Assembly: GCA_013140485.1 (NCBI GenBank)
Contig: JABFSS010000104.1
Span: 1 to 41,984, forward strand
DNA length: 41,984 bases
Reading direction: 5' to 3'
Source: Candidatus Peribacteraceae bacterium
GTDB lineage: Bacteria; Patescibacteriota; Gracilibacteria; Peribacterales; Peribacteraceae
A program made the position numbers and the translations under genes. Shown one piece after another: positions 31,106 to 38,919 of the stretch (within the stretch, counting starts at the first letter, position 1; each line of letters starts with the position of its first letter). The notes under the pieces are model-generated. The model ran no database searches, had not been told where the DNA came from, and saw nothing but the letters and a program-made list of their open reading frames with translations.

Positions 31106-32778
31106 CGAAGCAGCTTTCAATTGGCCACACCGTGGGGACCCACAAGCCGTTCACCCTGCCGATCAACTCCATCACGCACACCAACGCGATCCTGGCGATC
31201 CGAGGCGTCGGCAAGACGCATGGCGCGTCCGTGATGGCGGAGGAAATGCTGGAGCAGCAGCTCCCGATCGTGGTCTACGACCCGACCGGCGCATGGTGGG
31301 GCCTGAAATCCTCGGCCGATGGTAAGAAGGCTGGCTACTCGATCGTCGTCTTTGGCGGGGAGCATGCGGACGTCCCGCTCGAGGAAACCGCCGGCGAGAC
31401 CATTGCCACGGCGATCGTGGAGAACCGGATCCCGGCGATCCTCGATTGCTCCCTCATGCGCAAGGCGGCGCGGATCCGCTTCATGACGGATTTCTGCGAA
31501 ACGCTCTACCACAAGAACCGGGAGCCGATTCACTTCTTCATGGACGAGGCGCACACGATCGCGCCGCAGAACGTCCGGACGATGCCGGAAGCCGCCCGGC
31601 TCCTGGGCGCGATCGAGGACATTGTCCTGCAGGGCCGCAAGCGCGGGCTGGGCCTGACCGTAATCAGCCAGCGGCCGGCGCTGCTGAACACGAACGTCCG
31701 CAGCCAGTGCGAAACCCTGTTCGCCATGCGGATCATCGGGCCCCACGACCGCAAGGCGATCGAGGAATGGATCGACGCGCACGGCACGGAGGCGGAGGCC
31801 AAGCAGCTGCTGACCAGCCTGCCGGCGCTTCCGATCGGCGACGCCTGGGCGTGGAACCCCGCGGCGGATCTATTCGCCCGGATCCACTTCCGAAAGCGCA
31901 ACACCTTCAACTCCAGCGCCACGCCGGAAGTCGGCCAGCACGTCGCCGGTCCCAAGAAGATGGCCGAGGTGGACCTGGACAAGCTGGGGCAGGCGATCAA
32001 GGCGACTGTCGAGAAGGCCAAGGCGGAGAACCCAAAGGAGCTGCGCAAGCGGATCCAGGAGCTGGAACGGCAGATCCCGGCGGTGCCCGCCAAACCGGCC
32101 GGAAAGGTCTGCGGGCCGGAGTGTAAGGCGGTCCGGGCCGCTCTGGCGGTCCACCAAAAGGCCGTGCAGACGGCGTTCCGGACCCTGGCACCGATCGCTG
32201 AGAAGCCGCCCACCCTGATCCAAGGCGGGCTTGGGCCGGTGTCGCTGACCATCACGAAGCCGCCGCCAGTCACGTCACCGCCGCATCGCCCGCCGCCGGC
32301 CGGAGATATTCCTACACTTGGGAAAGCCGAGAAGCGCGTCCTCCAGGCTCTTTACTGGCTCCAGTCCGAGAAAGCGACCCCGGCCAAGGTTGCCTTCTAT
32401 GCCGGTTATTCAGTCAACGGCGGTGGATTTGGCAACGCGATTGGACGCCTTCGAACCCTGGGATTTGCCAAGGGGTGGCAGATCACTGCTGAAGGTGCCG
32501 CTTTCGGGGATCGTTCCGGCGTCGAGCCGAAACCGACCGGGGCCGAGGTCCGCGAATGGCTCCGTCCAAAACTGAGTAAAGCTGAAAATCTCATCCTGGA
32601 TGCTCTCGTGAAGAATTACCCGAACCGGATGACGATGGAAGATCTGGCGGCCGCCAGTGGGTATTCGGCGCAGGGCGGTGGATTTGGAAACGCTGTGGGC
32701 CGACTCCGGACCCTCGAAGCTGCCGAAGGGTATGACCGTGATGGAGGGGTCAAAGCCTCGGAGGTTTTCTTCGAATGA
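31102..32778 (+). CDS. HerA/FtsK-superfamily P-loop ATPase with two C-terminal winged-helix repeats (558 aa)
   Basis: Walker A AIRGVGKT, Walker B IHFFMDEAH, and a TVISQRP motif. C-terminal duplicated YS(V/A)xGGGFGNA(I/V)GRLRTL modules. Confidence 0.75.
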   Translation: MTKQLSIGHTVGTHKPFTLPINSITHTNAILAIRGVGKTHGASVMAEEMLEQQLPIVVYDPTGAWWGLKSSADGKKAGYSIVVFGGEHADVPLEETAGETIATAIVENRIPAILDCSLMRKAARIRFMTDFCETLYHKNREPIHFFMDEAHTIAPQNVRTMPEAARLLGAIEDIVLQGRKRGLGLTVISQRPALLNTNVRSQCETLFAMRIIGPHDRKAIEEWIDAHGTEAEAKQLLTSLPALPIGDAWAWNPAADLFARIHFRKRNTFNSSATPEVGQHVAGPKKMAEVDLDKLGQAIKATVEKAKAENPKELRKRIQELERQIPAVPAKPAGKVCGPECKAVRAALAVHQKAVQTAFRTLAPIAEKPPTLIQGGLGPVSLTITKPPPVTSPPHRPPPAGDIPTLGKAEKRVLQALYWLQSEKATPAKVAFYAGYSVNGGGFGNAIGRLRTLGFAKGWQITAEGAAFGDRSGVEPKPTGAEVREWLRPKLSKAENLILDALVKNYPNRMTMEDLAAASGYSAQGGGFGNAVGRLRTLEAAEGYDRDGGVKASEVFFE

Positions 32779-33710
32779 GCGCCCATACCAAGAAAGAATT
32801 GCTCGGGCTGAAACCTGACCAGCTCCTGACCCATCCGCGCAACATGCGGCGTTTTTATCCTGCTGAGAGCGTCCGGGAAATGGCGAATTCCATTGCGGCT
32901 TCGAACGGCGTGATCGAACCGCTGATCGTCACCAAGGATCCAGCCGGCCAGAAGTGGCTCGTCGTGGACGGCAACATGCGCCTCGCCGGCGCCCGCCTGC
33001 TGGGGAACAAATGCCCGCCGCTCGATTGCAAGCTCGTGGAGCAGGCCGCGGCGGATCAGTTGCTGACCATGGTGATCGCAAACCAGGTCCGCTACGACGT
33101 GGACCCGGTGAGCGAAGGGCTCCATTACAAGGCGCTGCAGGAGGCCGAAGGCCTGAGCATTCGCGAAATCTCCAAACGCACCGGCGTCTACGAGGTGCGT
33201 ATCTCAAACCGCCGCGTGCTGGCGGATCTCGATGAGCCGATCCAGAAGCTGATAGCCGATGGAAAGCTGCATGCGGATCCGCGCGTGGCGCGCGCTCTGC
33301 TGCAGCTGACTCCAGCGGTACGCGTCAAGCTAGCGTGCCGGCTGGCTGAAAATCCGAATATCAAGATCGCCACGATCGTGAACGCCTGCGAACGGCTCCT
33401 CGAGGACAAGAAACCGGCCAAGAAGTTGAAGCGGCCGGCCGTGGAGCTCTCCGGGGCCTTGCACGCTTCCGGCGCCGCAGCGGCGAAGAGTATTCGCGCA
33501 GCCGCGAAGGAAATGTGTCACCGCTGCAACCAGGTGGAGGACAAGCTGCGGGAAGGGGACGAGCCGGCCTGGTCGATGGTGGTCCACGCGGCGGATGACA
33601 ACTGCAGCCACTGCCCGTTGAAAGACATGCAGAAGATCTGTTCTCAGTGTCCGGCGGTAACTCTTCTCCGCCGCCTGGTCGATTCCAAAGGAAACGGGAA
33701 TGGCCGATAA
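32775..33710 (+). CDS. ParB-like N-terminal domain protein with Cys-rich C-terminus (311 aa)
   Basis: ATGA coupling. HPRNMRRF...NGVIEPLIVTKD...VVDGNMRLAGARL ParB boxes. The C-terminus is CHRCN...CSHCP...CSQCP. Confidence 0.75.
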   Translation: MSAHTKKELLGLKPDQLLTHPRNMRRFYPAESVREMANSIAASNGVIEPLIVTKDPAGQKWLVVDGNMRLAGARLLGNKCPPLDCKLVEQAAADQLLTMVIANQVRYDVDPVSEGLHYKALQEAEGLSIREISKRTGVYEVRISNRRVLADLDEPIQKLIADGKLHADPRVARALLQLTPAVRVKLACRLAENPNIKIATIVNACERLLEDKKPAKKLKRPAVELSGALHASGAAAAKSIRAAAKEMCHRCNQVEDKLREGDEPAWSMVVHAADDNCSHCPLKDMQKICSQCPAVTLLRRLVDSKGNGNGR

Positions 33711-34509
33711 AGCCGGCATTGAAGCGGCGATTGCGCTGGCCGAAGCCGAGACGGGTGTACGCGGAGGGAAGCGGTCCATCCCGCTGTGCTTCTCGCCGGC
33801 GGCCAAACAAAAGGCGCGGGTGTGGACCGAGAAAGAGGAGCAGTTTGTGCGCGATAACCTGGGCCGGATCTCTCAAGCCGAGCTAGCCCGGCAGCTGGAC
33901 CGGACGCCGATCGCTGTAAAGCTGCACTGCCAGCGTGAAATGCACCTCGTCTCTATGTCGAAGGCGCCGGAGATCATCACGGCCGAGCAGGTGGCGAACG
34001 GAATGGGGATCGATGGGAAGTCGGTCCACCGTCTGATGGACACCGGCCTTATGCCGGTGCGCCGGCTTCCAAGCGCCCGGCCCATGCGTGTGATCGATCG
34101 GCTTTCCCTCATGAAGTGGATCCTGAATCCGGATCACTGGTGCTATTTCAAACCGGAGCGTGTCGGCGCGCTCGAGAGGCACTGCAAGCGCGGCATCGGC
34201 GCCGGTTATGACTTCGCCTTTTGGGAGAAAGCGCGAGAGCTCGTCTTGAAAGCACGCCGGACCTGGAAGGACCGGTGGCTTACGCCCGGCCAAGTCGTGA
34301 GGATCCTTAAGATCTACCCGAAGCCGAACGCCGGCCGGCGCAATAACACCGAACGGCTGCGTGGGGTGAGGTACGTGAACGTGGCGATCAGGAAGGGGAA
34401 CCTGAAAGCAACACGCTGGGGCAACTGGTGGATCAAGAAAAGTGATCTGCCAAAACGCGGATGGACGATCAACTATTGTGGCCGGATCGTCAAAAAGAGG
34501 GCGGCATGA
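33700..34509 (+). CDS. Multi-HTH DNA-binding protein (269 aa)
   Basis: Myb/SANT-like WTEKEEQFVRDNLGRISQAELARQLDRTPIAV, followed by two excisionase-type HTH-like segments. Confidence 0.6.
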   Translation: MADKAGIEAAIALAEAETGVRGGKRSIPLCFSPAAKQKARVWTEKEEQFVRDNLGRISQAELARQLDRTPIAVKLHCQREMHLVSMSKAPEIITAEQVANGMGIDGKSVHRLMDTGLMPVRRLPSARPMRVIDRLSLMKWILNPDHWCYFKPERVGALERHCKRGIGAGYDFAFWEKARELVLKARRTWKDRWLTPGQVVRILKIYPKPNAGRRNNTERLRGVRYVNVAIRKGNLKATRWGNWWIKKSDLPKRGWTINYCGRIVKKRAA

Positions 34510-34760
34510 TCAAGCTCTTTGAGGTCTATTTCAGCGAGGGCCGCGCGGCGGAGTTCGCCAAAGTCTGGACCGAACGGCTCCGGGAGCTGACCGGGGAGAA
34601 CCAGGAGATCAGGATCGGCGCGAAGATACTCACCATGAAGGTGGAGGTCCCGGACGGAACGGACACCACCGGCATGAAAGAAGCGCTCCAGAAGGGAACC
34701 GCCGATTACCTGCAGGAAAAGATGGGGGAGCCGGTCGACGTCTGGCTCAAGGAGATCTGA
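34506..34760 (+). CDS. Hypothetical protein (84 aa)
   Basis: ATG 34506 overlaps the previous stop (ATGA). Confidence 0.55.
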   Translation: MIKLFEVYFSEGRAAEFAKVWTERLRELTGENQEIRIGAKILTMKVEVPDGTDTTGMKEALQKGTADYLQEKMGEPVDVWLKEI

Positions 34761-34854
34761 TGCGGTCGGTTTGGTGTAGCGGGCACACTCCAACCATATC
34801 GGGAGAGGGCCGTTTAACTCGGCAGCCGGCCACCCACCTTAAAGGGGAGAATTC

Positions 34855-35076
34855 ATGAAAACCTTTCGTGAAGTTCAGAAGGAACTTCAGGGAGTTTGCG
34901 GCCCGGCGTTCAACGGAGTCCCAATCACGAAACGCCAGGTCTCAAAGTTCTTCGGGAAGCAGGGAAATCTTTACTCGGCTTTGCATGGAGAAGCCGGAAG
35001 CGATTTGTTGGCAGTACGGCTGTTTTACTCCATGTCGCCGGCATTTTTACAGTTGGGGGAAACGAATGGCACCTGA
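34855..35076 (+). CDS. Hypothetical protein (73 aa)
   Basis: SD AAAGGGGAG. Confidence 0.55.
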   Translation: MKTFREVQKELQGVCGPAFNGVPITKRQVSKFFGKQGNLYSALHGEAGSDLLAVRLFYSMSPAFLQLGETNGT

Positions 35077-35269
35077 GAATTACTGGTTTCGCTGTCCGGC
35101 CTGCCGGGCGCTTCAGTTCATCAACTATCACCAGGCCAAGGGGAACGAGCCGATCAAATGCCAGGCGGCGGGCTGCGGGTTCAAGGAAACCGGGATCGTC
35201 ACGCCGATGGTGGAAACCACCGTGGCCGGCGGGCCGAATTTCGACACCAAGCTGACGCCGATCATCTGA
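35066..35269 (+). CDS. Zinc-ribbon protein (67 aa)
   Basis: ATG 35066 after GGGGGA. Contains CPAC ... CQAAGC. Confidence 0.55.
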   Translation: MAPENYWFRCPACRALQFINYHQAKGNEPIKCQAAGCGFKETGIVTPMVETTVAGGPNFDTKLTPII

Positions 35270-35448
35270 TGGCATTGACCCTGGAGACTGTTCAGCAGGA
35301 AGGATCCACGGACACCAACGCTTTTTACCGCGTGGAGGTCCGGGCGAACGGGAAAACGATCTGGCGCGGGTTCGTCTACGGACACAACCGGAACAATGGT
35401 TGGCCAGAGCTGCTGCGATTAATCGCTGACGAAAAGGAGCGGGAATAG
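35269..35448 (+). CDS. Hypothetical protein (59 aa)
   Basis: ATGA coupling. Confidence 0.5.
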   Translation: MALTLETVQQEGSTDTNAFYRVEVRANGKTIWRGFVYGHNRNNGWPELLRLIADEKERE

Positions 35449-35449
35449 C

Positions 35450-36271
35450 ATGGCTGAGCGCACTGGCATTGAGTGGGCGGACGCCACGTGGAACCCCTGG
35501 ATGGGCTGCACCAAGGTTTCCGAGGGCTGCAAGAACTGCTACATGTTCCGGGACATGAAACGGTACGGCAAGGATCCCACCCGGGTGGTCCGCTCCCTTA
35601 CCACCTTCAAAGCGCCGTTGAAGTGGTTGAACGATGGGAAGGTTCCGGCCGGCGCCAAGATTTTCACCTGCAGCTGGAGCGACTTCTTCCATCCGGATGC
35701 GGATCCTTGGCGGCAGGAGGCGTGGGACATCATCGGCCGCACGCCGGAGTTCACGTACCTGATCCTGACGAAGCGGCCGGAGAGGATCGCGGCCCACCTG
35801 CCGAAGAACTGGGGAGAAGGCTGGCCGAACGTCTGGCTGGGGGTGAGCGCGGAGAATCAGGACCGCGCAGACGAGCGGCTCTTTCTCCTGATGAACACGC
35901 CGGCCCGGGTGCGCTTTGTCAGCGCCGAGCCACTCCTGGGGCCCATCGACTTCACCCGCGTGGCGGTCGGCAAGCGGTTCGTGGACGGCAAGTGGGAGGC
36001 CGAGCGATACAACGCTTTCCAGGACCGGGTGCTTTTCACGGATGAAGGCGACGTGGAGCTCGGCCGGATCCATTGGGTGATCACCGGCGGCGAGAGCGAT
36101 TTCCAAGCGCCGCGGCCGTTCAATCCCGGCTGGGTGGCCGACATCGCCGAAGAATGCCGCCGGCATGGGACCGCACTATTCCACAAGCAGAACGGCGGGA
36201 CCCGGAAGGTAGACGGAGCGTGGGGCGGCCGGGAGGTCATCGGCATGGTCTACAGCGAGTTCCCGCGATGA
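35450..36271 (+). CDS. DUF5131 / phage Gp37-Gp68 family protein
   Basis: The N-terminus TGIEWADATWNPWMGCTKVSEGCKNCYMF and the later VSAEPLLGPI and WVITGGES motifs are characteristic of this family. Confidence 0.8.
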   Translation: MAERTGIEWADATWNPWMGCTKVSEGCKNCYMFRDMKRYGKDPTRVVRSLTTFKAPLKWLNDGKVPAGAKIFTCSWSDFFHPDADPWRQEAWDIIGRTPEFTYLILTKRPERIAAHLPKNWGEGWPNVWLGVSAENQDRADERLFLLMNTPARVRFVSAEPLLGPIDFTRVAVGKRFVDGKWEAERYNAFQDRVLFTDEGDVELGRIHWVITGGESDFQAPRPFNPGWVADIAEECRRHGTALFHKQNGGTRKVDGAWGGREVIGMVYSEFPR

Positions 36272-36474
36272 CGGAAGAAACCGAACCGTGGGAACCGGAA
36301 CTGCCGCCGCAGAAATGGCAGCGCCGCCCGCCGAAGCGCCTGCAGCCGATCTGCGATCGGCGCGGGCACCACGTTTATTTCGAGCAGAAGGCACCCCTGG
36401 GGGTGAAGGTCATGTCCACGGAACGGCAGCTGACGCCCTGCGTCGACTGCGGGTTTAAACCAGGAGGGGAATGA
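36268..36474 (+). CDS. Hypothetical protein (68 aa)
   Basis: ATGA coupling at both ends. Confidence 0.5.
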   Translation: MTEETEPWEPELPPQKWQRRPPKRLQPICDRRGHHVYFEQKAPLGVKVMSTERQLTPCVDCGFKPGGE

Positions 36475-36818
36475 AAATGAAGAACGGAGATCAACCACAA
36501 GGCGGAGAGGTGGGCCAACCAACACCAGGACCGGAAAGCGGCCCGACCGAGCAACCCACGCCGCCCCCTGGGCCACAGGAAGGGGAGCGGGTCAGCATCG
36601 CGGAGGATGAAACGCGGCCCATGATCATGATTCTGGAGAACGCGGACGGCACGATCACCATCGGCCACAAGAACTGCGATTTCCTGCTGGCCGGGCCCGC
36701 TCTCATCTACAAGGCGCAGCTGCACGTCGAGTCCAAGCTGATGTACGAGAAGTTCAAGCACTTCAAGCAGATGGACCGGGACGCGCAGCGGATCATCGTG
36801 CCGGGCGGACGCCGGTGA
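36471..36818 (+). CDS. Hypothetical protein with Pro/Gly-rich N-terminus (115 aa)
   Basis: SD AGGAGGGGA. Confidence 0.6.
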   Translation: MKMKNGDQPQGGEVGQPTPGPESGPTEQPTPPPGPQEGERVSIAEDETRPMIMILENADGTITIGHKNCDFLLAGPALIYKAQLHVESKLMYEKFKHFKQMDRDAQRIIVPGGRR

Positions 36819-36940
36819 TCGAACCGATGGACGCACTGATCGAGTGGATCGACGCGGCGTACAGAGTCGCTTTCGTCGCCGTGCTCTCCATCGCTGTCGG
36901 CGTCGGGATCTGGAAGGAATGGCAATCCCGGCGTTCCTGA
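36815..36940 (+). CDS. Mini membrane protein (41 aa), below the track threshold
   Basis: GTG 36815 overlaps the previous stop (GTGA). Translation is VIEPMDALIEWIDAAYRVAFVAVLSIAVGVGIWKEWQSRRS with one TM segment. Confidence 0.4.
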   Translation: MIEPMDALIEWIDAAYRVAFVAVLSIAVGVGIWKEWQSRRS

Positions 36941-37284
36941 AACCGCGCCGGCGGTTCCGGTCCTTCGGGGTGCAGGACACCCGCTTCGGCAACAAGCGCG
37001 TGGAGTTCGCCGGACAGAAGTTCGATTCCAAGCGGGAGGCCGATCGCTTCATCGCGCTGCGGGAGCTGCAGAAGGAAGGGAAGATCTCCCAGCTGGAGCT
37101 GCAGCCGGTCTTCGAGATCGTCATAGCCGGCGTGCCAGTCTGCAAGTACCGCGGCGATTTCCGGTATTGCCGCGCGGGCGCGTGGGTGGTCGAGGACGTC
37201 AAGGGTATCAAGACCGAGATCTACCGGCTGAAGAAGAAGCTCATGCACGCGGTGCTCGGGATCCAGATCCAGGAGATCAGCTGA
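36919..37284 (+). CDS. DUF1064-family (PD-(D/E)XK-like) nuclease
   Basis: FDSKREADRFIALRELQKEGKISQLELQPVFEI...YRGDFRY...VVEDVKGIKTEIYRLKKKL matches the DUF1064 pattern. Confidence 0.7.
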   Translation: MAIPAFLKPRRRFRSFGVQDTRFGNKRVEFAGQKFDSKREADRFIALRELQKEGKISQLELQPVFEIVIAGVPVCKYRGDFRYCRAGAWVVEDVKGIKTEIYRLKKKLMHAVLGIQIQEIS

Positions 37285-37307
37285 TGCCGGACCCGCAGGA
37301 GTAAGCC

Positions 37308-37511
37308 GTGCAGAAATCCGGGGGAGGACCGGGGGCCGTTCCAGAGTCCTACGAGTGGCTCCCGGATTTCTTGCGGCGGGTCCGCGAGGTCGAGGCCGCG
37401 GGCTATGGTTTCGTGACCGTTGAGATCGTGAAGGGCAAGGCGGAGATGCTCAGGCATCAGGTCGACAGCCGGATTGTCAAGCCGGAGAAAATCACCGCCC
37501 CAAGTTTGTGA
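37308..37511 (+). CDS. Hypothetical protein (67 aa), last early gene
   Basis: GTG start 6 nt after AGGAG. Confidence 0.5.
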   Translation: MQKSGGGPGAVPESYEWLPDFLRRVREVEAAGYGFVTVEIVKGKAEMLRHQVDSRIVKPEKITAPSL

Positions 37512-37599
37512 TACGCTTGATGGTGGTCCACGGCAAAGGTCCAAAGCCGTAAACGGATAGGACCGGCGCCTACACGTAGGCTCTAAGGCAGAAAACTGC

Positions 37600-37660
37600 A
37601 AGGGGCTGAGTGGCTGAAGGGTTTCGTCACCTTCGGTTACTCAGCCCCTTTTTCTTTTTT
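37600..37660 (+). terminator. Strong intrinsic terminator between the early and late operons
   Basis: AAGGGGCTGAGT (37600-37611) pairs with ACTCAGCCCCTT (37639-37650). An inner GAAGG/CCTTC helix is present, and TTTTTCTTTTTT follows. Confidence 0.8.
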
Positions 37661-37676
37661 GCGAAAGGGGGAGGGA

Positions 37677-37886
37677 ATGAGCCGAAGCAGCACGACCGTG
37701 CCCGGGTATCGGTTCTCTCTTTATCGGCAGGACTCGAACCGGGGGAGCCAGGACGACGAGTGCGTGTGCGGGGAGCCCCGCCGGCAGCATGACGGCGGAG
37801 CCGGGGCCTGCAGCGAGAACCGGTACGGCGGCCACGGCGACAGCGGACCGTGCAACCGCTTCGTGCTGGGACGGCGGGCCCGCTGA
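37677..37886 (+). CDS. Small Cys/His-containing protein (69 aa), first late gene
   Basis: ATG 37677 after GGGGGAGGGA. Contains CVCGEPRRQH...C...H...C. Confidence 0.55.
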   Translation: MSRSSTTVPGYRFSLYRQDSNRGSQDDECVCGEPRRQHDGGAGACSENRYGGHGDSGPCNRFVLGRRAR

Positions 37887-38911
37887 TGTGGTCCGGCTTT
37901 GAAGCGCTGATCCCTTACTTCGGCGGCAAGCGGTCGCTCTGCCCGGCGATCTTCAAGGAGATCGGCCGGGTGATCCCGCAGGCGGACTGGCAGGATTGCA
38001 CGCTGGTCGACGGCTTCACCGGCGGCGGCGCGGTCTCGCTGTACGCCAAGGCGCAGGGGATGCGCGTGATTTCCAACGACCTGGCGGACCGCAGCCGGAT
38101 CGTCATCGACTCGCTGATCGTGAACGACCGGGTCACGCTCTCGGAGGAGGACCTGGCCCGTCTGTTCGTGGGATCCACCAGCAGCGCGTTCGTGGAGCAG
38201 AACTTCGTGCCGGCTATGTTCATGCGGAAGCACGCGCAGTTTCTGGATCAGGCGCTGGGGGCCGTGGACGCGATCGAACACCGCACCAAGGCGCAGCTGC
38301 TGAGGCTGGCGCTGGTCAAGTACATGCTGAAGATCACGCCATACAGCCAGATCCACTCGGTGAATTATTTCCAAAGCCTGGAGGACGAGGAATATCACCG
38401 GCTCGGCCGGTCGCGCACCAAGAAGATCCCCTACACCTGCATGCCGGCGATCCGGATCCTGCAGGAGGCCCGGGCCCAGATCAACCGGGCCGTGTTCCCG
38501 AACGGCCAGATCAACGAGGCACGGCAAATGGACGTCTTTCAGTGCCTGGACGAGGTCCAAGCGGACATCTGCTACCTGGATCCGCCGTATGCCGGCGCTC
38601 AGCCCTATGAGGTCTTTTACGGCGTGCTGGACCAGATCCTTGAGCGCCGCCGGTTCGAGCCGAAGGTGAGCGACTTCAACAGCCAGGACGCCAAGCGGTT
38701 CCTGCAGCAGCTGCTGGAAGCCGCCCGCAAGTTCCGGGTGGTGGTGCTCAGCTACGGCAGCCAGCGGTACAGCTTCGAGGAGTTCCAGCAGGCCGTGCAG
38801 GCGGTGGAGCCGGCTGCGCGGTGCTACCCGCTGAATTTCCGGTATGCGTTCACGCGCAAGTCGGACGCCGAGTCGGTCCGAAAAGAGTTGCTGGCGGTCA
38901 TTACGCGATAG
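37886..38911 (+). CDS. Dam-family (D12 class) N6-adenine DNA methyltransferase
   Basis: ATGA coupling. Motifs IPYFGGKRSL, DGFTGGGAV and YLDPPY. Confidence 0.85.
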   Translation: MWSGFEALIPYFGGKRSLCPAIFKEIGRVIPQADWQDCTLVDGFTGGGAVSLYAKAQGMRVISNDLADRSRIVIDSLIVNDRVTLSEEDLARLFVGSTSSAFVEQNFVPAMFMRKHAQFLDQALGAVDAIEHRTKAQLLRLALVKYMLKITPYSQIHSVNYFQSLEDEEYHRLGRSRTKKIPYTCMPAIRILQEARAQINRAVFPNGQINEARQMDVFQCLDEVQADICYLDPPYAGAQPYEVFYGVLDQILERRRFEPKVSDFNSQDAKRFLQQLLEAARKFRVVVLSYGSQRYSFEEFQQAVQAVEPAARCYPLNFRYAFTRKSDAESVRKELLAVITR

Positions 38912-38919
38912 GGGGATCC

